From Rhina ancylostomus (taxonomy: Eukaryota), in NCBI GenBank assembly GCA_030265395.1, contig JARFYF010000094.1, positions 19,706,512 through 19,770,511 on the forward strand: a stretch of 64,000 nt of DNA. The letters run 5' to 3'. Each line of letters opens with the position of its first letter. Positions within the stretch are counted from its first letter, which is position 1. This document shows, in pieces, positions 1 through 13,943 of this stretch. The notes beneath the pieces are model-generated. The model ran no database searches and was not told the DNA's origin. It saw nothing but the letters and a program-made list of their open reading frames with translations. The translations under genes were made by a program, and so were the position numbers.

Positions 1-205
1 CCTACCCTGCCACTTTCAATGATTTGTGCACACATATCCCAATGTCTCTCTGCTCCTGCACCCCCTTTAGAATGGCATCCTTTAATCTATATTGCCTCTC
101 CACATTGCTCCTGGCAAAATGGAACACCTCACTTTTCTCCAGATTAAACTTCATCTGCTAAGCATCTGCTCATTCCACCAGCCTGCTTATACCCTGCTGC
201 AATCT
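1..205 (-). mobile_element. CR1 LINE RT C-terminal fragment
   Basis: Reverse complement reads LVE*ADA*QMKFNLEKSEVFHFAR, matching the CR1 'WADxWQMKFNxxKCEVxHFG' motif, with in-frame stops. Confidence 0.8.
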
Positions 206-324
206 GGCAATTGAATTGATTCTAGAATAGACCAGGTGAATTAAACAGTTGAAAATGTAGCACAACTCTTCACAAATGGTGTAAGAGACAGTAAAAAGGC
301 AAATAGATAAAATAATGTGACATC

Positions 325-500
325 AATTGTGGGAAAAAAATGCTGGAATCCAGTAGGAGATGCTACAGGAATCATAGTATCATGAAAGGTATTCATATTT
401 GACAAATCTAATAATATGAGAAACATTTAGATAGGGGAGAACCAGTGGATATATTATATCTAGTTTTGCATAAAGTATTAAACTGGTACAAGATTGTCAC
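325..500 (+). mobile_element. CR1 LINE RT fragment
   Basis: gataggggagaaccagtggatatattatatctagttttgcataaag = DRGEPVDILYLVLHK, compare CR1 'DxGxxVDVxYLDFxKAF'. Confidence 0.65.
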
Positions 501-765
501 ATCAAATATGATCTGATGGGATCCTGTGGTGGAGCAGGAGAAAGGTAGGGAACAGGGAATCTATCATGAGTTTGGGAGACAATTGAAGAAGTGAATGTAA
601 AATACAGAAAATGAAATGCATACAGTCAAAGCACTCGTCATCTGCTGTGGAAGTGATACTTCAGCTGAGTAAAAGGAAGTTGTATCAGGAACACATACGA
701 AAGGTGGCATCATCAGAGCATATGTGAAGGAGATGAGGAAACTGAGAGGATGGAATAGTTTCTAT
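500..765 (-). mobile_element. Degraded Penelope-like element RT/thumb fragment
   Basis: Reverse complement of about 700-760 reads IPSSQFPHLLHICSDDATF, compare PLE 'IPFSQFLRLRRICSxxxxF'. Confidence 0.6.
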
Positions 766-3623
766 TATGGAACTAAATTGTGTTTTCAGCCTTTATATTT
801 AACTGAGCAGTGCCTAAAATGACAAACTCTAGAACTGAAATAAGCTGTGCATAAATGGGCTAAAGCAATCTTCAAGATACCAGTCATAAACACTTATCCA
901 ACTGTCAGGGGCAATTAAATAATGCTCAGATTTCAGCAGTTACCCTACATCTTTTTTCTCCAGTTAGTGATTACAGCGAAGGAGAAATGGCATATTAGAC
1001 CAGGCATCTGATTGGTTGAAACTGATTTTAAAGTGAAGTGTTTCATTGCATTACAAAGGGAGTGTTCAAATTTAACCTAATTGTGTTGTATGTGTGCCAA
1101 GTCAAATCTTCATGTTTCCTCTCCATGCCTGAAATGGTAACAGTACTGAAAAATGAGACAACCTCTTGGCAGACCAGGTAGAGAATTTTTCCAAAATAAC
1201 TTTAAAAAAGCCAATTTATATAAGCTGTGAATGGGGTTGAAATAATTAAAGGTGAAACCAAATGAGATTTGGGTGTGTTGGCGGCTTTGGCACATTAAGG
1301 TTCACCCATTGTGCAGCATCAACCAATAAAGCTAGTGTGCGTAGGAATTCATCCCCTGGCAAAAGTGCTAGCCATTCTGCACAGTGTGTTCCTCTGTCTC
1401 CAAAACTCATCCCATTGAAGCCAATAGACTAAATTTGGAGGCTGTGTGCAATGTGTTGATGCTACTGTGTAGTGCATTTTACCTCTATCACCGAGAGATG
1501 AATTTTAAAATAATAGAACCTTGCACTATCCTGCTAAAGCAATAATGGCCTGAATTTTCAGAGATCTAGTAATGCTGAGTTCCTAGACTTTATGCATGGT
1601 AAAAAGCAGGAGAAACCCTTGAGGTTAGACCTAATGCCTACTTTCATTGCAAAGGATTTCTTGAGCTACTCTGTACCTTCGAGGGTGCGGGTGAAGGATT
1701 GAAAGGGAACATGAACAGGACAGGACAATTTCACTATTTTATATTCTCCCCATTCATCTTCTCTTATATTATTGCTGGACCACATATAAGGAAAGCCCAG
1801 AAAATGTAGAAGCTTAGGCTCTATGCTCTATGCCTGGTGCCTCAGAGAACTAAAGAATGACAAGGAGCATTTAGATGAAGTCCCACCAAAGGTAGGTCAG
1901 GTATGGGTGAGTGGGCAGTATGGGGGTGGCTAAAGGTCTATTGAGGTGTGACTCACAGCTGACTTGAACCTATAAATCATGGTGGCTTCAGATGAAGACA
2001 TATGAAATATAGTCATATGTGCTGACTAGCATCCAGATGAAGTGGCCTGAGGAAACTTGTATGGGGAAAGTCTGTGTCTGGTTACCAAAATAGAAGGGAG
2101 ACCTTGAATCTGAGAGAGATGAAACTGGCAGGAGTTCAAAGAAGCAAGAAGTTATCCTTGTATCAGAGGACTGGATTATGAAGAAAGCTTGGAATAAGTT
2201 CTGCTTTTATCCCTCAAAAAGACTAAAAGGAATCTGAGTACAATCATGTGATGAGTGCAGCAAAGTGGAAGTCTACAACATTAGTTTAAGTCAATGCTGT
2301 GACAGTCAAGAAAGAGCCTCAGACTCTAATGAACAGAAGAGTAATTTACAACAGATGCAGCAAAGTTCTTTCTCTGCAAGCACATACTGTACACTAGTCT
2401 CTCTTTAAGAACTATCCTACCTTAAAAGCCCATGTGGCCTGGTCTTGTGCCTAATGATTTTATTCTGGAGAAGGTAGGAAAAGTAATTTTCCCTTTAGCG
2501 TTTGCAGATTGAGGCTACTCTGTGGAAGCCATGTAAACAATGAAAGAGTGGTTTCTTGTTCTGTGGATTATGAATTTATGCTGTATTGTTTGTTGGTCTC
2601 CATGTGGGTGATTTTCATGTGCGATAACTGTCACGTCTTTTGAGAAATTCAGCTTGGTTTCCGTGCTGCTCCCATCCCTTCTCAAGTTGCTCTTTGGCTA
2701 GGCTGAGATGGGTTTTGGAGCTGGAGTGGAAGATGTATGCAGATTGGCCATTGATCTAGTCTGCTGCTGGAACTTGCTGCTAGTATTCCCTACCCACTTG
2801 CAGTAACCTGCTTCAGAAAGCACTTGCAGGTAACCAAGAGCTGTCTCGCAAAATGGAGCCCTATTTCCAGAATGCTCACTGCTGACCATAGCATTTGAAC
2901 TTGTGACTTTAAATGAGTCATACAAAATCTGGAGCAGCAGATGAAATAGGCCTTCATTCGGCACAAGCAACATGTAGGGGAAACCATGTGGAAGAATCTC
3001 CCAAAATTCAAAATATGTTTAGTTTTAATATCCATAAGTACAAAAGTAGTAACAAGTGATTAATACAATTTCGGTAGTTACAATCTCATGGTTCTCTTCA
3101 ATGTTTTGGATGTGGATGAATGGTTCCAATTACACATTTACAATAGGACAAGGCCATCTCTGAATATCCAAATATCTTTGTTGGAACAAAATAGCTCACA
3201 TTGATATTCTAAAAGCTTCTGGGGACAAAACTCAGACATCCAAACATCCTTCTTTTGTAATTGTGAGGGGTGGCTCTCTCAAGTATTGATTATTGTTACT
3301 GTGTATAAGGTACCAAGTGGCAAAATAGCCAGTTTGGAAACTCCCAAGATATCACTCTGGGGCTGAAGACACTATTGTATGCATTATAATGATGCAAAGA
3401 TCAAGATGCCTCACTTCTAATGTCTGGTTCTAATGAACTTCCAGCTATTGTATTGATGGATGTCATATTATTTAAGAGATTATCTTTATACAAGTATCTA
3501 TTGAGAGATTCTCTTGTTATTGCATTATCTATTAAGTACCCTACCACTGTGAGCTGGTAGCCTGCTCCCTTCACAGACAACAGTGCTTGTATATGCAGAT
3601 ATCTTTGTTATTCCAAAAACAAT

Positions 3624-4356
3624 TTCAGAATCAGTTTATTATCCCTGACTTATAGGTCATGAAATTTGTTGTTTTGCAGCAGTAGTACAGTGCAAAGACA
3701 TAAAATTACTACAGATAACAAACTAAATAAATAGTGCAAAAAAAAGGAATAATGAGGCAGTGTTCATCGACTGTTCAGAAATCTGGTGGTGGAGGGAAAG
3801 AAGCCATTCCTAAATCACTGAGTGTGGGTCTTTAGGCTCCTGTACCTCCGCCCTGATAATAGTAACGTGAAGAGGGCATGTCCCGGGTCGTGAGAGCCCT
3901 TAGTGATGGATGCCACCTTCTTGAGGCACTGCTTCTTGAAGATGTCCTCAATGGTGGGGACCGTTGGGCCTGTGATGGAGCTGGCTGAGTCTACAACCCT
4001 CTACAGCCTCTTGCGATCCTGTGCATTGGAGGCTACATACCAGGCTATGATGCAACCAGTCAGAATGCTCTCNNNNNNNNNNNNNNNNNNNNNNNNNNNN
4101 NNNNNNNNNNNNNNNNNNNNNNNNNNNNNNNNNNNNNNNNNNNNNNNNNNNNNNNNNNNNNNNNNNNNNNNNNNNNNNNNNNNNNNNNNNNNNNNNNNNN
4201 NNNNNNNNNNNNNNNNNNNNNNNNNNNNNNNNNNNNNNNNNNNNNNNNNNNNNNNNNNNNNNNNNNNNNNNNNNNNNNNNNNNNNNNNNNNNNNNNNNNN
4301 NNNNNNNNNNNNNNNNNNNNNNNNNNNNNNNNCATTGAGTGTGAGGTTGTTGTTAT
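3624..4356 (-). mobile_element. Rex1/Babar-type LINE 3' end (spans N gap)
   Basis: Minus frame ESILTGCIIAWYVASNAQDRKRL*RVVDSASSIT...GHALFTLLLSGRRYRSLKTHT (DUF1891-like C-terminus), followed by a 3' UTR ending AATAAA plus short repeat. Confidence 0.85.
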
Positions 4357-7300
4357 TGCTTGTAGGTTACATTTGAAATGAGTTTAAAGGCCAGATCTTG
4401 CTTGTATTAATGGATATTATATCTTACACTTTCATGCACTCTGACTATGGCTGATACTTTCTTATACACTGATAGTCAAAGCCATTTAAAAATGTTTAAA
4501 ACAAGACTATTAAAATCCAAACAAAAAATAGTTAAGCACAACTTAAAGTACAAGAAATTGGTTAACAATGTTAAGATACAATATACTTCCTTGCTTTTAT
4601 TGTTCTATCAGCATTGATGCCCCCCACTCAGACAGCCCTGGACTGGAGCTGAGGAACTGAATGTGAAATAGATTCTATCTCTCTCCCCAATCTGTTTGTG
4701 CTGCACCAATGGACTCAGCTGAGCTTCAGCTCATTTTCAACCTCCATGTTCAAACGTATATGTCTGGAAGTCAGAGATGAACTGAATGGTGGGTGTGAGA
4801 TAGTCACTGGTAGAGAACCACTGACTTACAGGTAGATATGATCTTGGGTGGTACTGAATCCCACTATTGTTTACTCCAATGCTCTTGGATCAGTCTAGAA
4901 TTTTTGGAGAATTAGCATGATGTACCAATATTTTGTTAATGCTGGCTAGGATTTTATTGAATGTGATACATTGCCTACACTCAATACTTGCATTCCCCAT
5001 TGCCCTGATCTCGATCAGAATTTCTGAGCTCACTGGTTGAGATTAGCTGAATGCAGAGGTGCATGGCTCTGGGGGATATCAGAGGGATAGAACAAATTTT
5101 GCACATTGAGATTCTCTGGCAACCTTCGATAGAGTGCAAGCTACATCCCCCTCCTTTGCAATCTGTCAAAGTTGTCAGATTTTCACAATGCTTCTGAATG
5201 CCCCAAAAATATAATAATTATTACATTTTTAAATGAAAAGTGTACTGTTAGCAAAAAGTGTCATGCTTTTAAATAATTAAAAATGTTAAACCAAATAAAT
5301 AGGTTTTAGATCCCTTTATCCCTCATGGATGTACAAGGGACCATTCAATCTAAATTAGCACAGGATCCAATGGCAGGTTCCAGCAATCTCTTGCTCCACA
5401 GTTGGACTTTATGTAAGCGCCACTGGTGGAGTACAACTGGGAAATCACCAGTGGAGTTTGGCCAGCAAAATGGAATCTTAAGAGCTTGCATGGGACTCCT
5501 GATATTTGCAGGCAGTTATTTGGGTGAAGGCTGGCAGTTCCCAGCTAACTCCATACTGTTAAAATCTTACATATTTGAGCACAGAGTGATTTTCCTTCTG
5601 GCTCCAACTGTCAGGGTAACTTCACTCATTAAATTCAGTTCAAACTAGCAAATTTAAATTAAAAGTCTACATTCTTTCCACAATGACTTAATGAAAACCT
5701 GTCATTCTACAATTTGCCTTAATTGTTATCTAGAAGTCTGGCAAACGACTTCTGATCTGTGAGTTGGATTATTTGTGTTATTATGTCAGTTTTTGATTAT
5801 CTCCAGTTTTCACCCCTTGGTGCTACATAATGTCTCTGTTTACTTTTGAAGAAATCAAAATATATTGTTTCAATAAAGAAAATGCCAATGGTTAAAATAT
5901 GCAACCACTAAATGAGGAGATTTTTTCCAAAGAATCTGGATTATTGTGTTTAGGAAATGGTTGATAAGTGTAAATCAGACCTAGTGTAAACTTTCCCAGT
6001 GCCTTTCACTAAAATCCATTCACTGTATCAGAATGGCTGAAGTTATCCAACCTTTTTTCCTGTTGGAAAAAAAGCACCTTTTGTATTCTGTTCCAGAAAA
6101 CACAATAAAGGATAGGTCTCATAACAGGAAAAATAGGCAAACCTAAAAAATATTGACAGCTTTTAGAGTATTTGTCTGTTAGATCAGTTCAAAAAAACTT
6201 TAATTTCAGTTCCCTTAAACTCTTGAGTTTTCTTGGTCAAGAAGTAGATTGAAGATTAATTTAAGCTGTGCTTTCTCTTGCCCATGTTCATTATTAACAG
6301 ACCATGTACAGGGATGAGGTTGTTAGGCTACAGTTTGCAGTTCATGTTTTTTGGTGCTGTAAATAATTTACTTCACGAGTTATTGTCAATTTCATTTGAC
6401 CAACGCAAAAGCTTTAACATTTTATACCCAATTTAATAACATAGAACCATCAAAAGTTGACATTTCCCCCCACAAATAGTCTAACAAATATATTGATCTA
6501 GAGGGTCAGCAAGAGGCTTTTGTCTCACTTTGATGGAAAGCCTGAAAATTGTGAATTCACTGTTTGAAGCTCATTCATTTAACAGCAATTGCTTCATGCC
6601 TAAGGCATTGTGTAACTTTTACCAATAATTATTTTTACTGGTGGCCTTGCACTTTTCCATGGCTAAAAGTGTTAATATAATGTATGTTGTAATGAATGTT
6701 GAGATTTTGCCTTGGGTTATTACAATGAAACTGTGGTGAGCCACTATTGTAATGGGTGACCAATACACTGTTGCCTCTGCTGTTTGTATGAGAAATGACA
6801 ATAGCCATTGAATTGATTTGATGGCATTCTGAAACAGGAAATAAAATTTCATAGGTGTTCTATCAGTTCCAGCAATCCATTAATTAAACTAAGAGAAATC
6901 ATCTTTTTTCATGAAATGAGTTGCCAATGGAATATGCAACCAGCTGATGGACCTTAACTGGTGTGCACAGTTGTACCTGATTATGAGGCCCCATGTGCGT
7001 GAGCTGTGTATTGTCATCCAAAGAACATGTCAATTTTTCATCAAGTAAATCCATTGTTAGCTGCAAGTCTCTAAATAATACTCCGGCAAATGTCAAGTTG
7101 GAAGATTATTTCCAGTCTTTGCAGCTGGTATTGCCAATCTTTGGGGAATACCAAAATAATTACAAATGCTGTTGCACATTTGAAATCATATTGGATTGTT
7201 AGTCAGGGAAAGGATACTGTATAATCCAAATCATATTTAATATTATTTATAATACAGCATTGCCCCACATCAATACTATTCCCATAAGCTCAAAGCCTGG

Positions 7301-9021
7301 TTCTAATAAAACATGTCACATGTAGAGAATCATTTCATTTCATTGTACTATAAAATGTTATCAAGATTGGCTGTTCTGTACAACAAAATCTAACTCAGGC
7401 ATGCAGCTTGGTAAATGATATGCATGGAACAGTGTGTTGGAGCACTGTGTGTGTGGCTGGGTTATACGGCTGCACACAAGGGATGTTTCTGATTTCCTTT
7501 GATATAAATGATGTATTATGTGCTTGTGGCTTGAATATGTTTGTGCATGAGCACTGAAGCTCTGTTTCAAAAGGAAATTAAACATCCCTATGTAGTCTGT
7601 GTTAACTGACCACAAAGGCACATCAATGAGTGCAAGTCATGAGCAAGGACATATCTCTACAATATCAGAAAGTGTATGTGGTTATTGATGGACATCCGGC
7701 AGAAGGTCAGAGTGCAAGCTACCAATGGGACAATGAAAATTTACAGAAAAAGAGAACACAGTGCCAAGATCATTTGGAAAGAGGACATAGGATAGTAAAG
7801 CTGCCTGCCTAAATGACAGGCATTTATTCTTAGTAACTGGCAATGGATAACTACTATTTACAGTAGAAAAAATTGTGCCAAATTGCAAAACATTTTGATA
7901 ACTGTTCGAAGATGATAAATCGAGATTGTGTAGGAGTGCTCCCACTTCTGCATTCAAGAAAATCTGTATAAACAAAATGCCCTGCTGTTTAAATGTGGTA
8001 TCTTCAGCTATTCTAGCTTGTCTGAAAAACAGTACTTCAACAGCAGTGCCTGCAAGGAACAATGATTCTGCAGTACCACAATATTTCATTCTACTCTCCC
8101 AAGAATGCATTTTCAATTTTGAATCTTAGCTATTTGAATGGTTGTGCCATGTACTTGTTAAGGTTCCACTTTTACAATTCAACCCTATGCTTCATTCACC
8201 TGATGACAGAAGAATAGTACATGTTATCTGTGGAGGAGGATTATAGTAAATGATCTATGAACAGTAACATTCAAGCACAGTGGATTTAAACTGTATTGTG
8301 CATTTTCTGAAACCCACATCATTTTAATGGCTTGGATCTGTGGCTATTAAGTTGTCATTTCTGTGCAGAACTGACAACTTTTAGCTAGGTAAATGTGTGG
8401 AGGTTTGAGATTCAAGTACAAATGCTTAAGCGTCAAATATCAGCACAGCAGATCACCACCGACTCTGCCACAGGGCCTGTGGTTTATCCTATGTCTTTGG
8501 ATTCCTCATACAGTGCAAAGATGAAGTGCAAACTTCTACGCATTTCCCAACAGCTAAATTGGGTAATTTGTCAGCTGACTATGCACATGTACTATTAAAC
8601 CCTTTCTTTTAATGAATAGAAATGGTTGTCAAGGGAGAAAGTTAGGTACAATTTATATTTGCATTTTATTCAATTGTGTTAGTTAAAGTATATTTAATTA
8701 TTTCATTATTTTAATATGTTCCTGGTGTTTTAACTATTTTAATTTTGTAATTATTTGGTTGTTTTTGAATGTCAGAGATAGTCTTCACTCAGAAGGTACT
8801 GAACTTTTGGAATTTTCTACTCAAGAGGGCTGTGAAGGTTTGATTCCAAGATAGAGATCAAACTGTGACTGTGAACTGAATCACTAGAGACACTGAAGCT
8901 GGTAGATATGGAGGTCTTTACTCATCACAACAAGCAGTCATTCTCTTGGAGACCCTCTCAGTAAAGTCTCCTGAATGCAACATACATCAAGTTTTTATAT
9001 TCTTAAGAACAAAGATAACAG

Positions 9022-9506
9022 CAAGTTCAAGTTATTGTCATGGGCAAACATACTCAGGATATAAATGCCATTAGTTTTTGCAGCTGCATCAAGGTACCTT
9101 ACAACATGACAAACATAAATCATGTAAACTTAAATTAATGTAAATTATTCATAACTTACACAACACAACAAAAAGAAACATAATGACATTAGTACAAGTT
9201 GAGGGAAATATAGTCTGAGGTAGAATTTTTCAGGTGGCAGTGGGGGTGGTAGTGGGGAAGGAGCTGTTGTTGAACCTTGAGGTGTGGATTCAGGTTTCTC
9301 TACCTCCTGCCTAATGGTAGCAATGAGAAGAGGGCATGGCCTGGATGGTGGGGGTTCTTAATGATGGATGTCACCTCCCTCAGACATCGCCCCTTGTAGA
9401 TATCCTTGATGGTGGGACAACTGTATCTGTGATGGAAATGGCCAAGTCCACCTCTCTCTGTAGCCTCTTGTGTTCCTGTGCATTGGAGTTTCCTTACCAG
9501 GCGGTG
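9022..9506 (-). mobile_element. Rex1/Babar-type LINE 3' end
   Basis: Same C-terminal region as the 3624 copy (AW*GNSNAQEHKRLQREVD...PGHALFSLLPLGRR); (ttgaac)n tail shared with the 20439 copy. Confidence 0.8.
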
Positions 9507-9509
9507 AAT

Positions 9510-9735
9510 TTATTCAAATTTAAAAGAATGAAAGATGATCTTCTTTAGAAAATTATAAGATTCTGGAGGGATTGATAGGGTGGACACTGAGCGAATGTTT
9601 CTCCCAATGGGTCTATCTGAAATTAGGAGGCATAGTTTCAGAATAAGGGGACAAGAGTGGATCAGCCATGATCTTATTCAATGAGGAGCACATTTGATGG
9701 GCCGAATGGCCATGTCTGCTTCAGATTCTATTGCT
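9510..9735 (+). mobile_element. CR1 LINE 3' fragment and UTR
   Basis: YKILEGIDRVDTERMF-like segment, then gatcagccatgatcttattcaatg...gatgggccgaatggcc, a typical chondrichthyan CR1 3' UTR. Confidence 0.75.
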
Positions 9736-10519
9736 TTAAGCTTGAAGATAGTTTTACCAGCTAACAAGTTAATTCAGGTGCCATTGCACTATCACAAATT
9801 AGAAATTGGCTATCTCGTCAGGAGTAATTGTTCTGGCTGTGAATTAAAAGGATTGTAATTGAATATTGGTTATGGAGAGAAAACAAATGTCATGCAGATT
9901 GATGCTGAAACAGAATTTTATACTTTCCACCACTTATCAGGTAGCACCTAACTTAAAGATTTATGCTAGGGTTAATGTAAGGAACTTCATAACATATTAG
10001 TTCCAAAAGAAATGTGGGGAATGGTATCATCCACAATACATGACCTTTTTTGACCCCACAAACTGCTTTGACTCCAACGATCAAGAGAAGCTATGCAGCA
10101 CCCTACTCAAATTTGGATGCCTGCTGAAAATTGTCTTCATTTTATGTTTGCAATATGACAAAATGGAAGCAGTGATCTTACCCAACAAATCCTTGACAGG
10201 CCTAATCTCAGATTATTGACAAAATAATGCTGCATCATTGCCCCAACACTTTACTTAAAAAGTGCTGCAGGACAGATGGGAAATTGTTCAATCTACAACA
10301 CCTCCACTCCAGAAGTAAGGTCAACCTAACTTCAGGGAGTATGCAGACTATGTATGGGCATGCACACATTCTGTAGCAGAGTTCGAAGTTATTTCAAGTG
10401 TTCCCTTAAACATACATGTGGATGGGCCTTGTATTTAACATCCTCTACCAACCCACCCCACCCCACCCCACCAACCTGTTCAATGCCCTCCTCTAACAAT
10501 AAAGATACTTGATACAACA

Positions 10520-11000
10520 TTGGGAAACGTGGATTGCTACACATCTCTCAGAAGCATCCCCCCAACAAACACAAACAATGAAGATGATTTTTACATTACC
10601 CTTGGTTCATCAGCACAGCCCTTGGCCGTCTGAGGAAAAAATTATACAATGAATTAGTGCTCATAACTTGCACAAAGTTCTTTGTCTACGAGACAGCAGT
10701 GATCCCTGTGCTCTGGTAAGTACTTCAAGCAAACAACATAAAGCATTGGAGAGGATCCTTCAGATTCACTGTCAGAATAAGCAAACCAACCTCAGAATCC
10801 TCCTCCAGCCCAAAATCCCCAGCATTATGACCTTAATTACACACAATCAGGCCACCTTGTTTGGACACCAAGACACCAGGCTCCTGGAGCAGAGATACTA
10901 TTCTGAGGTCCATCTTGGCAAGAAATTACAAGGTGGAAAGAAGAAAAGGATGTTCTCAGAGGTTCCTTGAAAAAAATACATCATCACCATAAACTGGTGA
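10520..11000 (+). mobile_element. RTE-clade LINE C-terminal fragment
   Basis: ORF 10668-10970 contains KALERILQIHCQNKQTN...IPSIMTLITHNQ...GHQDTRLLEQRYYSEVHLGKKLQGGKKKR, the RTE post-RT motifs. Confidence 0.75.
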
Positions 11001-11007
11001 GAAATGG

Positions 11008-11221
11008 AGATAAGATATAAGATATCTTTATTAATCACATGTCCATCGAAACACACAGTGAAATACATTTTTTGCGTAGAGAGCTCTGGGGCAGCCCGCA
11101 AGTGTCACCACACTTCTGGCACCAACATAGCATGCCCACAACTTCCTAATCCTTACGTCCTTGGAATGTGGGAAGAAACCGGAGCACCTGTAGGAAACCC
11201 ACGCAGACCCGGGGAGAACAC
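11008..11221 (-). mobile_element. V-SINE, 5'-truncated
   Basis: Highly similar to 13944-14243 and 43981-44273; V domain present (tgcgtgggtttcctacaggtgctccggtttcttccca); tRNA head missing. Confidence 0.85.
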
Positions 11222-13943
11222 CTAGGATGGCATTGTGAACCAGTGATCAGAAGCACAGAAAAGTCTGGCATGAATATTGAAAGGAGTAAACCACCTCTAA
11301 ACCATTCAGCCCCCTGCTCTGTCAAAAAACCCCTCCCTCAATTTTGACAGAATTTGCAGATCTCACGTTTGCCTCCATCTGCATAGAACGGCACTGGATG
11401 CAAGTCATACTCAATCCTGAAGGAGTACCTAAGATTTTAACTGCTACTGACAACATCGTTTACCTCAATCAAGAATGAGATAATAGACATTTTTACACTA
11501 TGGGAATCGGGTGATTTATTACAGGAAAGTGGTGCACAATGCAGCGTGCTTGAGGGACCATGCAATTTTCCCCTGGATCTATTACCTAAGTGCTTATAAT
11601 TAATTTTAAAAAAATGAACGAGAATGCAATATGGATAGAAATTTGCTTTGCCACCAGTATATAGCAAGGTTCTATTTTTAATGTTGACGTGGAAATGGCA
11701 TTTGGTGCAAAATTTGAGCAGCAAGGTAGACAAGCAAACAGGCCTGTTGGGAGTGCGCCGATGATGTCTTGTTGAAATCAAGTCTTGAAGCATATGAAAC
11801 TTTTTGGTGCAGTTAAAAATGCTTTGCATCTAGAACCTTGGTTCAAAGCTTGCTGACTAACTGTACTCCAAACATTGCTCCTCCACCCATTCCACTGCAT
11901 CACCACTCCCCTCCTCAATCTCCTTCAGTTGTACAGGTTTTCCAAAAAACATTGCTTAACTAGTGATCAACCATGAATATTGTTCCTTTACTTAGGGGAA
12001 ATCTTTGAGCGATTGAGCAGTTTTATATATGTTAATTATTATGAACTCAGGAAAAATAATGTCTAATGCCATTTGAAACTGTCTTATCATAAATGAAGTT
12101 GGTATCTTTTCTAAAGTGAGGATTAATTTTGAAGAGTTATGATAATTAGACAAATTATGTTTAATAAACAATGACAGTGCGAATGCTTCAAAATTTTGCT
12201 TTAGCTGTTTCTATGTGGATTTGTAATGAGCCGTTAGTAAATTATATTAAATATTAAAGTTTATTTGTCTAAAAGAACCAACATCACTATAGATTTTAAT
12301 GGGAGTAAAGCAGTATTGATAACTTTTCACTGCTTCAACAAGAGGTGCAAACGTCCCAGGAAGTGAAAGCATGGTTCAGTAATGATGTAAGTCACTTATG
12401 TCATTTTCTCTTTTCCTGTCACTATACAACATGGATTGATGATTACAATCACAGATCTCTGGGAAATCCTGAGACATATGTTAGAGGTTCTATATAAATA
12501 CAAGCTGAGTGTGTCAGGTCCAAAGGAGCAATAATTGATAGGTCTGGTGGAGCCAAATGCTGTTGACCCATTCCTATTTTACATAGATCACAGAAAGGAG
12601 AGATGGGGATGGATGTGTTTTGCTGCAGGCTCTTATTAAATATTGAGGCTGAGATTAAAACCATATGCTTGAGCTGCAAAACCAAATTTAAACTGAATGC
12701 TTTCTCTGGGTTTCTATCAATCCCTGCAGGCCTCATTTTAGACATGTCTTTCACAGTTTATGGCACTGATTTACATGGGTATAAAGCTTAGAGACTTCCA
12801 AATTTCCAAACTGTTCTGCATCACTGAGGTAAATTCATTCAATAATAACTAAAAAGATGAAACTGTTCATAAATAGCATTTTAATAAAGGGTCTCAGATT
12901 GGTTGCATTGATACTGCTTACCATATGAATAGGCAATTCTGTATAATTCTGTTTAAAAAGGAAGTACTGAATTAAGAACAATTTTAAACAGGCTTCATTC
13001 CAAACCAGGGAACAGTCTACTTTTGACAACTTCAGCAATTATATCCCTGTTGGCTGCTGAGGACAGTTCTTTTACATCAGATGCAAAATTTATTCTGATG
13101 GCTGCATGAACTTTGCAAATTTTAACCATGAACTAATTTACTAGATTATTTGGACCAGGTAAGTGCAACAATATGTCAACTATTCTGATCATCTGTGGGC
13201 AGTCATTTAGTTTCTATTTTATACATTTATTTTAGAAGTCACTTTATAATAGTGACACGTCACTTTATGGTGGAGATACATTTGTTCAATTACAGTTAAG
13301 ACAACAAATAATATTCATTGTGAAGTTGATATCAGGAATAATAGCTGGATTAGAATGTGTGGCAAAACTGTACATAATTGGATTTGGAAACATGACAGTT
13401 GAAAAGACCTCATAGAAGGCATAGATTAAGGAATGAAGAGCAATATTGCAAATGTAGTTTATTGTCTGTAACTATGAAATAGTACATTTAATAAATTATC
13501 ATACAATGGAATGCAACAAACAATGTTCATAGTGTAAACATATTTATGGGTTACCCATACATATGCAGATGTTTAAAAGCAGGTTTGAAAGGGGATGAAG
13601 TCATAAATGGTAAATGTGCATTTAGGATTTATCTGCAGCAAGTTGGCAATGATGAATCAATATGAAATCTTTGGGCTGGTATGGTCAGAAGCAGATGGCT
13701 GCCTTTCGAATAGATACAATTAAGATCATTTGGAGTTTTAACTGGATGGGACAGAAGCCTGCCTAGAGGCAAACTAGCTGAATGAAACCTCGCAGGATTA
13801 GCATCAGGATAGAGGCACTGTTTAGAAAGGCACATAGATCCATGATTTATTGAAGTGAGAATATTTCCAAGACATTGTTAGAGAGTGCTCTGCTCTGTTT
13901 TTTGCTGTACTCATCTGATTAAGATCTCAATGCTTGTCAAAGG

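Noticed and set aside
5416-5432. CTCF-like motif gcgccactggtgga
   Set aside because: One base short of the CCACCAGGTGGCGC core spacing.
7682-8116. 144-aa minus-strand ORF and overlapping plus ORFs
   Set aside because: No recognisable domain, splice structure or codon bias; consistent with chance.
8865-9015. Possible solo LTR fragment
   Set aside because: No matching second terminus, TSD or second copy in the window.
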